Below are positions 51,966 through 63,162 of a stretch of 64,000 bases of DNA, one piece after another; position 1 is the stretch's first letter, and every line of letters starts with the position of its first letter. The notes under the pieces were generated by a model. It worked only from the letters and a program-made list of their open reading frames with translations, searched no databases and was not told the origin of the DNA. The DNA comes from Candidatus Bathyarchaeota archaeon (GTDB lineage: Archaea > Thermoproteota > Bathyarchaeia > TCS64): contig CAVYVF010000022.1 in assembly GCA_963771885.1 (NCBI GenBank), positions 320,001 to 384,000 of the forward strand, given 5' to 3'. Position numbers and translations under genes: made by a program.

Positions 51966-54152
51966 GTGAATAAAATTTCTCAACTTTTACTGCTCTCCAT
52001 TGGCGTCTTGCTTTTACTGGTCTCATCTATCTCAACAGCAGCCAAGTCTACAAACCTCTGCAATGAATGCCATACTAGTTACAGCCAATATCTCGATATA
52101 CTCGAAGACAATGCAAATGAAATAATTCCTCAGACAATAGGCGTAGGAGAAACTAAAACCGTTACCATTCAGGTCAATAACCAATGTAACTCAAAAAGCT
52201 ATACAACTCTGACAAATGTGCGCTTAAATCTCTCGTCAAAAAACGGTCTATTTCAGATAACCAACCCAACCTACATAGTTGGCACAATGAGTATAGGATC
52301 AAAAACAGCGACTTGGCAAATAACTGGGTTAACCAGTGGCTCGGATGAATTCGTAATAACTGCACAGGGAACAAACGCCCATAATCAGCTGACTTTTCGC
52401 GACATTTATGGCCCAGTGAAAACCCTCACAATAACAACCCCACAGCCAACACCAAAATACGCCGTATTTGTAACGATCAGGGACACCACAACTTCGAATC
52501 CGCTTCAAGGGGTGATCGTAAGCCTCGGTGGGGCACAGAAAACAACAACTAGTAACGGAACGGTCTCATTCAGCGTCGAAACCGGTAACTATTCTCTAGA
52601 AATATCTAAAGATGGCTATACAACATCTCAGGAGACAATTACACTAAGCGCTACAACAACCATTACACGAACACTTGCCCCAACGTCTCTACCAAGCTAC
52701 ACCTTAAAAGTTAATGTAAGTGACTCAAACGCTCTCCCACTTCAATCAGCCAACGTCACAATAGCGGGAATTCAGAGACTCACCGATCAAAGCGGGCAAG
52801 CCTCATTCAACCTTCAATCTGGTATCTACACTGTAATAATCACTAAAAACGGGTATCTCCCCTATAATGAAGCACTCACAGTATCAGCTAACGCGACTCT
52901 CTCAGCAACACTCACCACCATACTCCCTGAAACAGTTTTAATCAAGATCGTAGTAACCGACTCAATAACTCAGACACCTATCAACGAAGTCGAGGTGAGA
53001 CTCGGCGGAAAAATACAACAAACGAACACAATGGGGTTAACCACATATAGTCGACTTAGCGGAGAATATCTGCTTGAGCTCGTAAAAACTGGCTATATTT
53101 CATACGCAGAAAACGTCACCATTACTGCAAACGCAACAATTGAGAGAGGTCTGGATCCCGAGCAAACGCCCGCAGAATCACTTCCACTGATGGTATACAT
53201 CCACCCCCCAATCGCCATCACTGCTTATCTTTTGACATTCACTCTTACTGCCCTGTTATTTTCCAACCTCGAGTCGAAGAGCATGCTATGGGTTGGATAC
53301 GCGGCCTGGATCATGTCAATACTTGGCATGATCACTGGAATGATATGGGCTGAAAATGCATGGGGATCATATTGGTCGTGGGAGCCGAGGGAATCCGCGA
53401 TGCTAGCGATCACGGTGCTGATTTCCCTCACTATGATAACGCTAATAGAGAAAAGAAGGATCTTCGCCAAACCTCTTGCCTTGGCATCCTGCATCGCAAT
53501 CGTTGTCACTCAGCAGATCTATTTCCTTGTAGCTGGAATTCTCGCCGTCTTGATTGTGGTCGTATTAAGATCTGATCTTCTCCTCGGGATGGAGAAGCCA
53601 AAACGATATGCTGCCCTCATGAGGCTCAATCGGGACATCTCTTGGGTTTTCATCGCTGAATCGGCGGCTACTCTAGGTGCAGGTTATGTTATGACCCGAC
53701 TACAAATCGAGCCGTCAACCACCCTGATTGTTCACACATACCTGGGTTACGGCTTCGTTGCTTTGTTGCTCCTCCACATCATTCTAAGCTTTGCGTATCC
53801 CTATCCGTGGTTAGGGTATCTTCGAGCACTTCGGGGAGGTATAACTTCTAACAAGTTGTTCGCTGTCGCTCAAGAACTCTCGGCAGTTGCGCTGATAATA
53901 ATTGCCTTAGCACAGTTTATCACAGGCTTGAGTTGGCTCAATCCTGTCCTAGCAAATCTAGTGCCACTTAGACTTCACGTTGTTCTTGATAATGCCCTCA
54001 TCTATCTACTCATTGTTCACGGATTGATCGGAGTAAGATCTGTTTTGCTAAGAAGAGGTTTGAGAGTGCCTGGAGCCAACTTGACTTGGGTTATCATTGC
54101 CTTAGTCATTCTCGGGGCTTTCCTTTACATTCAATACACTAACCTGTGGTAA
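51966..54152 (+). CDS. Multidomain membrane protein: CxxCH heme-c motif, 3 Ig/PEGA-like repeats, CcsA/CcmF-like WWD domain, His-rich cytochrome b-like domain
   Basis: Signal peptide, CNECH, three ~78-aa repeats, IHPP, TGMIWAENAWGSYWSWEPRE, four TM histidines near the C-terminus. Confidence 0.8.
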   Translation: MNKISQLLLLSIGVLLLLVSSISTAAKSTNLCNECHTSYSQYLDILEDNANEIIPQTIGVGETKTVTIQVNNQCNSKSYTTLTNVRLNLSSKNGLFQITNPTYIVGTMSIGSKTATWQITGLTSGSDEFVITAQGTNAHNQLTFRDIYGPVKTLTITTPQPTPKYAVFVTIRDTTTSNPLQGVIVSLGGAQKTTTSNGTVSFSVETGNYSLEISKDGYTTSQETITLSATTTITRTLAPTSLPSYTLKVNVSDSNALPLQSANVTIAGIQRLTDQSGQASFNLQSGIYTVIITKNGYLPYNEALTVSANATLSATLTTILPETVLIKIVVTDSITQTPINEVEVRLGGKIQQTNTMGLTTYSRLSGEYLLELVKTGYISYAENVTITANATIERGLDPEQTPAESLPLMVYIHPPIAITAYLLTFTLTALLFSNLESKSMLWVGYAAWIMSILGMITGMIWAENAWGSYWSWEPRESAMLAITVLISLTMITLIEKRRIFAKPLALASCIAIVVTQQIYFLVAGILAVLIVVVLRSDLLLGMEKPKRYAALMRLNRDISWVFIAESAATLGAGYVMTRLQIEPSTTLIVHTYLGYGFVALLLLHIILSFAYPYPWLGYLRALRGGITSNKLFAVAQELSAVALIIIALAQFITGLSWLNPVLANLVPLRLHVVLDNALIYLLIVHGLIGVRSVLLRRGLRVPGANLTWVIIALVILGAFLYIQYTNLW

Positions 54153-54189
54153 TATAATTGCGCATATAGAAGTGCGCGCGAATAGATGT

Positions 54190-56527
54190 TTATTTTCGCT
54201 TTAATAGAATAAGCACGGCGACGCCGAGGATAACACCTGCCACGATTTCCTCATACATATATCCGGGTACCCCCCCCAGGCGAGCCTCCTGTTAATTTTG
54301 CTTGCAGGGTGATCGAGGTTGAGGCGACTGATCCAGCGATAACTGTGGCTGAGCTTGAGCTCGATTCGTAGCCATTATACGATGCTTGGAACGTGTAGCT
54401 GCCCGCTGCGATATTGTTGAATGTGAGTGACCCATCAGATCCTGAGACTCCGCTAAGGGCTGATTGCCCGTTTGGTACATTAGTCGATGATATGTTTGCT
54501 CCGGGAATTGATTTCCCCACCTTGTCGAGGACGGTGAGTTTAACCCCGCCGGTTGTCACCGATGGCTGGGAGATCGTAAAAGACATTGAGTCAGAGCCGT
54601 ATGGCTGGGCTTTGAGGTGGAGGGTATAACTACCAACACTTAGCTTGGATGTATCCACCTTCGCCTCATAGTAACCTCCGTTTAACCCAATATTTCCCTC
54701 GTCCACAACGGTTTGGTTGGCCGAGGTGATGTAATATGTGAAGCCAGGAGATGGATCGTTCAGTAGGGTACCGGCGAAGCTTTTTACGATATATTCCACT
54801 GTTAGGGTTTCGCCTCTGGCAACTAATTGCCTAGTTTCTTCTCTTGCGATTAGTCCAGGCCTCGATGGAGTCCTCAGTAAGTAGATTGGGTTCCATACCA
54901 GCGTAACATCTTGTTTTCCCGGGACGAAGATGAAAGGACCGGTGCCTACGAGTTTCGTCAAACCCTTAACAGTCGGGTTGGCTTCCTCCCAAGGCTTGAA
55001 GTTAAGCGGCTCTGAAATGTCACCCCAGATGCGCTCAGACATAAAGGTAAGCCAGTTGAGGGCGTATATGAGCCTGAAACCGGATTCATTTAGATAGATA
55101 ATAATTGTATTATCGTCGGGTGTCTCAACTTTGGCTACCTTGCTGATGATTTCCTTATAATTTGGTAAATCATGAGTTCTGAGATAATCGATGCAGAAAC
55201 TATAATCCCTGGAAGTGAATTGTGCGCCGTCCTGCCAGAAAATGCCTTGTCTCAGATTGAATTTGACTTTCATGCCCTGAGAACCCGTTGGTGTTGTCCA
55301 TGCCTCTGTTGACCAGCTGCTGGCGAGCATAGGCTCATCCTCCCCCGTCGAGGGGTTGACGTATATCATGGGACTGTAGACAAGTTGTAGTATCCCCCAC
55401 TCCCTGAACGAGTCGGCTGTACATGGGTTTAGTGTTGTCAGGTTCCCAATGATGCTCCCTTGGAGAATACCCCCGTAATTCTGGTTGTCTATGCTGAGGT
55501 TGGTGTAGCTCCAGATGTTATCGACGCCCAGCCCCGGAATGTTGACTACCCCGGAGAGTCCTGAACTCCAAGCTGACTGGGTATACGGCGCGAGAACTGG
55601 AACACAGGGGAGTAACTGTGATACCCTCTCCTGCGCTGCTAGGGCAGCCTGTCTGCACTCGTCTTCCGTGGCGCCTGTCCACATCATCTGAAGACTGGTA
55701 TCGAGGATCTGATCGTGGAGCCCTGAGTAGTTGCCTGTACCGTTTGTATCCTGTGAGGAGTGCAGCATTGCGTAGAGGCCGAAGGGTATCCTCGTGAATG
55801 GGACGTACTGGACTAGCACATCGAAGTCCCTGCTGCTCGTTGTCTCCGCGAGGAGCTGACTCTGGGGTAGCGAAAGCTGCGTGCATTTGATGCCTATGGC
55901 GTTGGCATAGTATGCCGTCGCGTATCCAATATCCCAGAGGGTTCTGCTGCCTACTTGGGTTGGCGTCATCAGCACGATCTCGAGTGTTTTACCTGTGTTC
56001 GGGTTTATTCTCCATCCAGTCTTCGTGTCGAGCTTATAGCCCGCATCCTCAAGCATCATTGCGGCGGCTTTCGAATCGAACTCAGGGACTATCGCCTCCT
56101 CGTTGATCCAGCTGGGCGTTGTCGTTGAATAACTGAGTGTGGGGGTGGCTCCTCCCCTCTCAAGGGTGTCGCAGATGTAGTCTCTGTTTATGAGCCTCGA
56201 GAACGCCTCCCTGAAGGCTTGGTCGTTGCAGGGGTTTCGCCGCGTGTTAAAGAATAGGTAGGCGACCGTTGTGCTTGTCGAGTTGACTATTTTGATGTTC
56301 GTTGATTGTAATTGTTCAGCCTGCGAGCCTGTGAGGAGTGGGATATAGTCGATTTCTCCGTTGGCAAATATTCTAGCCTGATCGTTTTCGCTGAAGCGGG
56401 GGAGAATTCGCAGGTTAATCGAATCGAAATTGGGACCTGTAGGAACAGATGCTGTGGCTAATGGAATTGGGGTTGAGAGTATAGCCAAGAAGAGAAGGGT
56501 GAGTAGTTTTTTCCACATTTTAATCAC
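54190..56527 (-). CDS. Orphan family-5 ABC substrate-binding protein with Ig-like domain; C-terminal anchor frameshifted at a G8 run
   Basis: FREAFSRLINR, WQDGAQFTSRD, VGTGPF. Removing one G at 54270-54277 restores VPGYMYEEIVAGVILGVAVLILLKRK*. Confidence 0.85.
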
Positions 56528-57732
56528 TTTGTCTGTTCTGGAATAAACGCCTCCAGATAGGCGTTCGCTGTCGCCTGCGCCCGGTTATATAGATCGTAGG
56601 CAGATCTTTGGTCATTTACTACGCTGCTGACTCTGTCAGTGTATAAAACGGTCCCGGACCCGTCGGTTATCTTAATCGAGCAAATCTCCACACTGTTGGG
56701 GTTAATTGCTTCACCGCTGACATGCACGCTTATGGTCACGATGTAGCTGATCGGCCAGCCACCGTAGGGGTTGTAGCCGGGGAAAGTCTCAGGGGAAATT
56801 TTCCCCTGCTCATACAATTTAAGCTGAGCCTGCTGAGCAGCCAGGAACTCGGGTGAAGCGTCGAATATGCCGACAGTGGGGTTCTGTCCAACTCCGTTAA
56901 TCAACTCGATTCCAGGCATATCTCCATTGGGGTTGCTAGGTGGGGCTGTGCCAAATGTCCATAGAACCGGCATTTCTAGGATGATCACTGGGTTAGTGCT
57001 GGCTGGGGGTGGGGTTTCCTCTGTTGATTGAGGGGTGGATTCGGACGGTAGCGGTGGGTCAGGTACATCGCCGTCGGGGTAGACCGTATTCGGGTTTGAT
57101 TCTGATGAGGTGTCTGATCCGCCGCCGGTTGACGGAGTGGGGACATACCCTGAGGCGAATGTGTACTTTACCGACCCGCTTGGAGGAGAGATGATTGATA
57201 CGGCGGTCACTCGGGACATCTGGGTATCCGGCTCCGCATAGTTCTTGAGGAGCGCGCTGTTGCAGTAGAGTGCGATCGTGTTCCCTATCTTATGCATCGT
57301 CACCGCTACATTTGCGTTTGCGGCTTCATGGTAGCCATCTAAATGGATGGTATCCACGCCGTCTCTGTAGAAAACGTATTGGCTACGAGACCCGTCCGCC
57401 ACCCAGAGGTAAGAGTGTTTCTCTGTGTAGACCTGGATATTTACATAGCTGTGGCCAAATCCTCCAATCCATGAGCCGGTGGCGTCCACCTTCCAGTCAA
57501 ATATCCCGGTGGGTACGCTGTATACGCCGACCGAAGCTCCACCTCGGAGGATTATACCCGGGCCAGTGAAGGTAATACCTTCGGGGTTTGTAAGAGTCCA
57601 TCCGTTTTCTTTCATATCAGTTTGGTTTTTATAACCGAAGTTAGTAGACCATTGAGTTCCCTTTGCTGTCTTGTAGCCTACAGAAATGAAGAATAAGGTT
57701 ATTAGTAAAATTAAAAAAAAGTATTTCTTCAT
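56524..57732 (-). CDS. Secreted hypothetical protein with beta-rich N-terminal domain and Pro/Ser/Thr linker
   Basis: Signal peptide MKKYFFLILLITL; low-complexity P/S/T/E linker; 4-nt overlap with the downstream gene. Confidence 0.72.
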   Translation of the reverse strand: MKKYFFLILLITLFFISVGYKTAKGTQWSTNFGYKNQTDMKENGWTLTNPEGITFTGPGIILRGGASVGVYSVPTGIFDWKVDATGSWIGGFGHSYVNIQVYTEKHSYLWVADGSRSQYVFYRDGVDTIHLDGYHEAANANVAVTMHKIGNTIALYCNSALLKNYAEPDTQMSRVTAVSIISPPSGSVKYTFASGYVPTPSTGGGSDTSSESNPNTVYPDGDVPDPPLPSESTPQSTEETPPPASTNPVIILEMPVLWTFGTAPPSNPNGDMPGIELINGVGQNPTVGIFDASPEFLAAQQAQLKLYEQGKISPETFPGYNPYGGWPISYIVTISVHVSGEAINPNSVEICSIKITDGSGTVLYTDRVSSVVNDQRSAYDLYNRAQATANAYLEAFIPEQTK

Positions 57733-57948
57733 GTTAAGATATTTGACTCAATCTAAATATAGACTTATTGCAATCTTGCGGGGTATTCTCGCTTCTTATG
57801 ATGGGAGTGATACTCATCTCCGACACTCGCATCGATGCCTGTGCGGATTTATTCAGGAAGTTGTAGAATATTGTGCGTTAATTAATTGTTAATTCGTTTA
57901 TTTTTGAGGCTAAGAGTGCATTTGATATCGAGCCTCGAGCAATAATAT

Positions 57949-59133
57949 TTGATGAAAACCGCTGCTGAAAGACGCAGTCTCCGAGATATTTACCGCGATG
58001 GATTATTGAACGACACCATTCCCTTCTGGTTTCCGAGAGCGGTAGACCGCGAGAATGGGGGATTTTTTACATGCTTTGACCGTGATGGGACTCTGCTACA
58101 GGCTGATAAGGCGGTCTGGTTCCAGGGGAGGTTCACCTGGATGCTGGCGACGCTCTATAATACGGTTGAGCCGAGGGATGAGTGGTTAAGCCTTGCAAGG
58201 CACGGAGTCGAGTTCCTCAGGGAACATTGCTTCGACGCCGATGGCCGAATGTTCTTCAGCTTGACCAGGGAGGGGCGTCCGCTTAGGAAGCGACGGTACG
58301 TGTTTTCGGAGATATTTGCCATCTTGGCTCTGGCAGCGTATGGTCGAGCTGCTGGAGATAGTGGGGCTTCTGGAGAGGCTCTTGACCTCTTTAGAAAAGT
58401 TCAGGAATATCTGAAGACCCCTGGCGTGCTCGTCCCAAAGACTAACCCTGAAGTGAGGCCGATGAAGGGGCTGGCTATCCCCATGTGCATGATCGTGGCA
58501 GCGCAGGAGCTGAGGAAAACTCGACCCAGCCAGCTTCTCGACGACGTAATCGATAAAAACATCGTTGAAGTTGAGCGCGACTTCATGAAGCCAGAGTTCA
58601 AATGCGTCTTGGAGAATGTGGGGCCCAACGGCGAGTTCATCGACAACTTCGATGGACGCCTGATCACTCCGGGCCATGCTATTGAAGTCGGCTGGATGAT
58701 ACTTGAGGAGGCGCGGCTCAGGAATAGGGATCCGCATCTTGTTGAGGTCGGAACCAAGATCATAGACTGGTCCATGGACATCGGGTGGGATACCGAGTAT
58801 GGGGGCTTATACTATTACCGAGACGCCAAGGGGCTTCCCTCGACGGAGTATTGGCATGACATGAAGTTCTGGTGGCCTCATAACGAGGCTATCATCGGCT
58901 CGCTCCTCGCATATCAGTTGACGGGGGACCCTAGGTACGAGAAGATGCATCGAATGGTGCATGATTGGGCTTATGGACACTTTCCCGATTCGAAGTTCGG
59001 GGAGTGGTATGGGTATCTGCACAGAGACGGGTCCCTCTCATCTCCTCTTAAGGGAAACATGTGGAAGGGCTTCTTCCACCTGCCCAGAATGCAGTGGTAT
59101 TGCTGGCAGCGTCTGGAAGAAATGGGAGTGTAG
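57949..59133 (+). CDS. AGE-family N-acylglucosamine 2-epimerase
   Basis: IPFW...D...GGFF, KAVWFQGR, PGHAIE.GW, KFWWPHNEA, EWYGYL, FFHLPR. Confidence 0.92.
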   Translation: MMKTAAERRSLRDIYRDGLLNDTIPFWFPRAVDRENGGFFTCFDRDGTLLQADKAVWFQGRFTWMLATLYNTVEPRDEWLSLARHGVEFLREHCFDADGRMFFSLTREGRPLRKRRYVFSEIFAILALAAYGRAAGDSGASGEALDLFRKVQEYLKTPGVLVPKTNPEVRPMKGLAIPMCMIVAAQELRKTRPSQLLDDVIDKNIVEVERDFMKPEFKCVLENVGPNGEFIDNFDGRLITPGHAIEVGWMILEEARLRNRDPHLVEVGTKIIDWSMDIGWDTEYGGLYYYRDAKGLPSTEYWHDMKFWWPHNEAIIGSLLAYQLTGDPRYEKMHRMVHDWAYGHFPDSKFGEWYGYLHRDGSLSSPLKGNMWKGFFHLPRMQWYCWQRLEEMGV

Positions 59134-59183
59134 TTCACGCGTGCGCACTGAGACACTTGTTTTTTAAAAAGACGCCATTTTCG

Positions 59184-59201
59184 ACGCCGTCAAGTCGGCG
59201 T
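59184..59201. terminator. Possible hairpin between convergent genes
   Basis: ACGCCG-TCAAGT-CGGCGT inverted repeat near T/A runs. Confidence 0.35.
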
Positions 59202-59242
59202 TTACTAGCGGATAAAATACCGATGATGAGTGTGCGAGTTTG

Positions 59243-59746
59243 TCACTTCTTCTTGTAGAAGTTTACTTCGCAGATGGGGTCGCCGGCTGCGATCGTCTTG
59301 CCTAACTTGAAATCGGCGCCGACGGTCTTCGCGATGTTGCGGTCGCCGTCCATGGCTATATCGCAGAGGGTGGGTATCTCCTCCTTGGGGATGCCTGCCT
59401 TGAGCCACGCGGCGACGAGTGGACAGTAGTGGAACTGGATCTCGAGGGCGTCCTTGCTCCTCGTCTTGACCTCCATCTCGAAGGTCTTGATGCCTAGGGG
59501 GATGATGAAGGCGTCGGCGAACTCCTCGATCTTTCCCGGCGTCTTCATCTTGGCCTTGAATCCGGCGCCGTGCATGCAACCGGTCTGAGCGACTGCGGTG
59601 CGGGCGATTTTTTCCGCGTTTGCTCCCGCCTTCTTGCCCTCCATATAGGTAAGGCCCATCCAGGTGGCGCGGTGCTCGATGGCGTTTCTGTTTACGTTGA
59701 TAAGCTCATCGTTCGTGATCTTTGGGTTATTGGTTATCTTTGCCAT
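59243..59746 (-). CDS. L-2-amino-thiazoline-4-carboxylic acid hydrolase family protein
   Basis: AIEHRATW, FHYCPLVAAW, LCDIAMDGD, TIAAGDPIC. Confidence 0.8.
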   Translation of the reverse strand: MAKITNNPKITNDELINVNRNAIEHRATWMGLTYMEGKKAGANAEKIARTAVAQTGCMHGAGFKAKMKTPGKIEEFADAFIIPLGIKTFEMEVKTRSKDALEIQFHYCPLVAAWLKAGIPKEEIPTLCDIAMDGDRNIAKTVGADFKLGKTIAAGDPICEVNFYKKK

Positions 59747-59768
59747 GGGATCTCTCAGCATCCGTAAA

Positions 59769-62700
59769 CTACTGCTTAGTACCGATGAGGTTGGTTATAT
59801 TCTGTTCCAACCTTGCGTCGAGCGCGCGCCTTTTTCTTATCCTCAAAAAGATAACACCCACTAAAACAATACCAATGACAACTGAGATAGATGGATTTGA
59901 AGGAACACCCGTAGGAGTACTCTGTGAGCCAGACGTAACCGTCACGTTGACCTTCATAACATTTGATAAGCCGTCACTCTGATAGGCAGTTACGGTGACG
60001 AGATATGTGCCAGGTTTGGCGTATGTGTGTTGATTTGCGAAGAACTTATCCTCCTCAACCCCGTCTCCCCAGTTCCAGTGGATTTTACTGATAATATGCC
60101 CCGGCATTCACTGGGACTGTGAACCCGTTGATTGAAGCAGTTAAACCTGTGATCTGTGGATCGTAGAGAGTTAACTTTGGCACACCTGTGCTTATCTTCA
60201 ACTTATATTCTGCCCAGCCCTGGGTGGGGGTTACGGTGAGCATAGTTTCATCGTTTAGGGTTACTCTCAGGGTGTTGTTACTCATGAATGGTCTCGCCCT
60301 GAAAAGAATGTATTCGGCGTTTACTGGCTCGGGGATGTTTAAAACGGCGATCTTGCCGGGTCCTCCACTCCAAGCATAATTTGCTGCTTCTCCCCATGAG
60401 CCGGGGTTATCATACCAACCTGATGTTAGATACTGTTTGGCATCCGTTGAACCTATGTCGATTTTTGTTAGGGTGGTGTTACTTCCGTCTAGGAATTCGA
60501 CCCAGTCAAAGGCGACCGCCAAGTCCCTTGTGTCCGTTGAGTTCTTCACTAGTTCGCTTGGCTTCCCGACGCGGTCGAAGACGAACTTCACTACGCTGGG
60601 CACGAGTTGAGTGGGTTTGGTGAATGGAATAGATATCTCATGTGTACTCAGGTGATACTCTACGCAGACGTAGTAGTATGAATCGTCGCTTGTAATTGAT
60701 GATGCTAGTGGTTTTCCATCTATATACACCCTGAGAGCAGTTGTGTTGGTTTTAGGGCAGGTTATCCTAGCGTAGCCCTTCTTACCATCCTCTCCTGTTA
60801 CGGTGAACTTTAGAGTATCAGATACTGCGGCGACTTGAAGGACTGTTGAGGATGTTACAATGGTGACAACCTGCTCCTCCCCATTAACAGAGATAGTGGC
60901 AATTGTTGGTTTTGCCGAGAAACTTGAGAGTGGGAACCCATCCGCCAGAGTGACCTGCTTTTTACGATAAATCGAATCGTATGCGGTAATATCGTAAGGA
61001 TCGTCAAATATTCCATCTCCTCCAAGTTGGTCCTGTTTAGCTCCCGAGTAATCATCTATAGCTTCGTAGTTGCTCCAGTAGTTCCCACCAATAGGATACC
61101 CGTTATCCCAGGCAATGCCGGTGTTCGCGTGCTCGTACACAACTATTGGGTCATCGCGTGAAAAGATCTTATTGTTATAGAATTTATCATTCGTGCAGTT
61201 CGTTACTCTGAAGCAGATTTGATAATGTGCTATAGTGTTATTGTAGACCTGAACACCTGATGATTGGAAAAGACATACTGCATACGAATCCTCTTGATCG
61301 TTACTGAGTCCAATAGAATTGCCGTAAATTGAGTTTCCATCTATATTTCCAATAATTTTATCAGGATCTACGATTTTCATTCCTTTTGCCTCGGACCCTC
61401 CAACGTCAATCGCAACCGGATAATTATCAAGTAAAACGTTGTTCGAAATTCGGTTACCATTATTTTCGAAAAGAAGGTCTATTCCTATTCTGCTGTTTTT
61501 AATGACGTTTCCATTTATGTAGTTATTATTATTCTTGTCTAAAAGGAAGATGCCGATTGTTGTGTCCTCAATATGGTTACCTGCTATAGTGTTCGAGTTT
61601 GAGGAGACGCCTAGATTAATCCCGTCCCCGCATTCATATACATTATTTCCAACTATCTGGGTGTTATTTGAGTAAACGAGTAATAAACCCCCTACTATAT
61701 TATTTTTTAAAGAGTTGTGGTGGATGAAGTTATTATTTGATGCCGATAGTACTATGCCTGGAGTGACTACTTGAGTCACGTTATTGCTGCCAATGTTGTT
61801 GTCATCCGACTCTTCCAAATAGATGCCTCTGCTTCCCGATTCATAGTATTGTTGGAGATGGAGTTGGAGTATGAATTTCTTAGATAAATGTTGGTAAATG
61901 TCGTTAAGTGTTAACTTGTTGTCTGTAATTTTGTTGCCGACAGAGTCAAAGATAGCTAACCCGGATCATGAGCCCTTAGCGAGATTTCGTATGCAAGCCA
62001 TTGTAGTTAGATCTCGTTTTCGGTGACAGTGTGATAATTGGCGCTGTTTTGCAGGACTACTCCACTATCAGTATTGTTGAAGATCTTGTTATGAGTAATT
62101 TTGCAGTCTGTTCCCCCATCAATAATTACGCCGTTGAAAAAGTGGTCAATATGTTAGATTCTCAAGGGTTACTTTTTGAGCCTTTATGTAGACTCCTGTG
62201 TCGTTTACGTTTGAGATGGAGTGTTTGCCTCCGTCAAAGATGCAATTAGTTCGGTAAATCTGTACAGGAACTATTAGTATTGGAAGTCAGTGTGTATGTA
62301 TTTCCCTTGACCGTAACTGGTGCGTCGATTGGGGTGATGGTTCCATCCTCTTTAATGATGATGGAATCAGAGCGAGTAAGGTATGCGATTGAGTTGATAT
62401 GTTCAAATGTGTTCCCAGCGATGACGCAGGGGGGACTGTTTGACCCGTTTATCTTTACAATAGTCGCCTTTTTCAGTAGAAAGGTGGCGGTGAAGGTCAT
62501 CGGGGAACCGTAGCGATATAGTGAGTAGGATCTTAGGGATCATCCGTTATCAAATTCTGGGACGTTAGCAGCCTTTGTAGCTGTAAATCCCCAGTTTATG
62601 ACTGCACCATCTTCCATTTTGTAAATTTGACCTATGTAGGGGTAACCTGTCTCCACTACAGGGCTCATGGATACGATGTCTACATCTCCATAGTATACTC

Positions 62701-63011
62701 GCATTTCGACGCTAGGAGAGCGCGGACATGCCCTCCTTCAAGCATGATATTACTAAGGTTACAGTCAAAGTGCTATTGTTTTTGACTTTATTTGTAGAAA
62801 GACTTAAATCCATCACGGTGCGATATCCATCTGCCACAGTGAACTCTACATGCTTCTTATCATTGAAGAAGCCTGTTCCATCCCAAACGTTACCACTAAC
62901 ATTGATTGTATGTTGAGTGCTTACACCCGATAATAATAGAATTAAGATGACTATCAGAGTGGATACACGCGGGACAAATCCCATAGGATGACCCGTAATA
63001 TCCTCAGACAT
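59769..63011 (-). pseudogene. Large surface protein (NosD/right-handed beta-helix, PKD, TM anchor) broken into several frames
   Basis: Fragments 62712..63011 (signal peptide), 62246..62500 (II.EDGTI.P...P), 60085..61818 (N-rich beta-helix, WDNGYP.GGNYWS.Y) and 59769..60107 (WNWGDG..HTY..PG.Y PKD plus TM). Confidence 0.8.
59783..59820 (+). repeat. 38-bp direct repeat, copy A, with internal inverted repeat
   Basis: CGATGAGGTTGGTTATATTCTGTTCCAACCTTGCGTCG; 34/38 identical to 63163..63200. Confidence 0.9.
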
Positions 63012-63162
63012 CGAACATCCCTTATCAATTACTAATACTAAAATGTCTGATACTATAACATTTTCGCGCGCTAAGTTGTTAAGAAATCAATACAACCTAC
63101 CCCAATCACTCATTGATTACGCGTACAGTTCATGTTGCGTAGGCTAAACACAATCGCACGCG

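Noticed and set aside
241..63011. Many split genes (nuoH-like ~906, degT ~17162, kinase ~41850, ubiA ~43035 and ~42978, reductase ~44335, GT2 ~45477, several in the 59.8-63 kb gene) as programmed frameshifting or mass pseudogenisation
   Set aside because: Those I could reconstruct are single-base indels, mostly in short homopolymers. They hit probably essential genes with otherwise intact motifs, so sequencing/assembly error is the simplest explanation. Read-level check needed.
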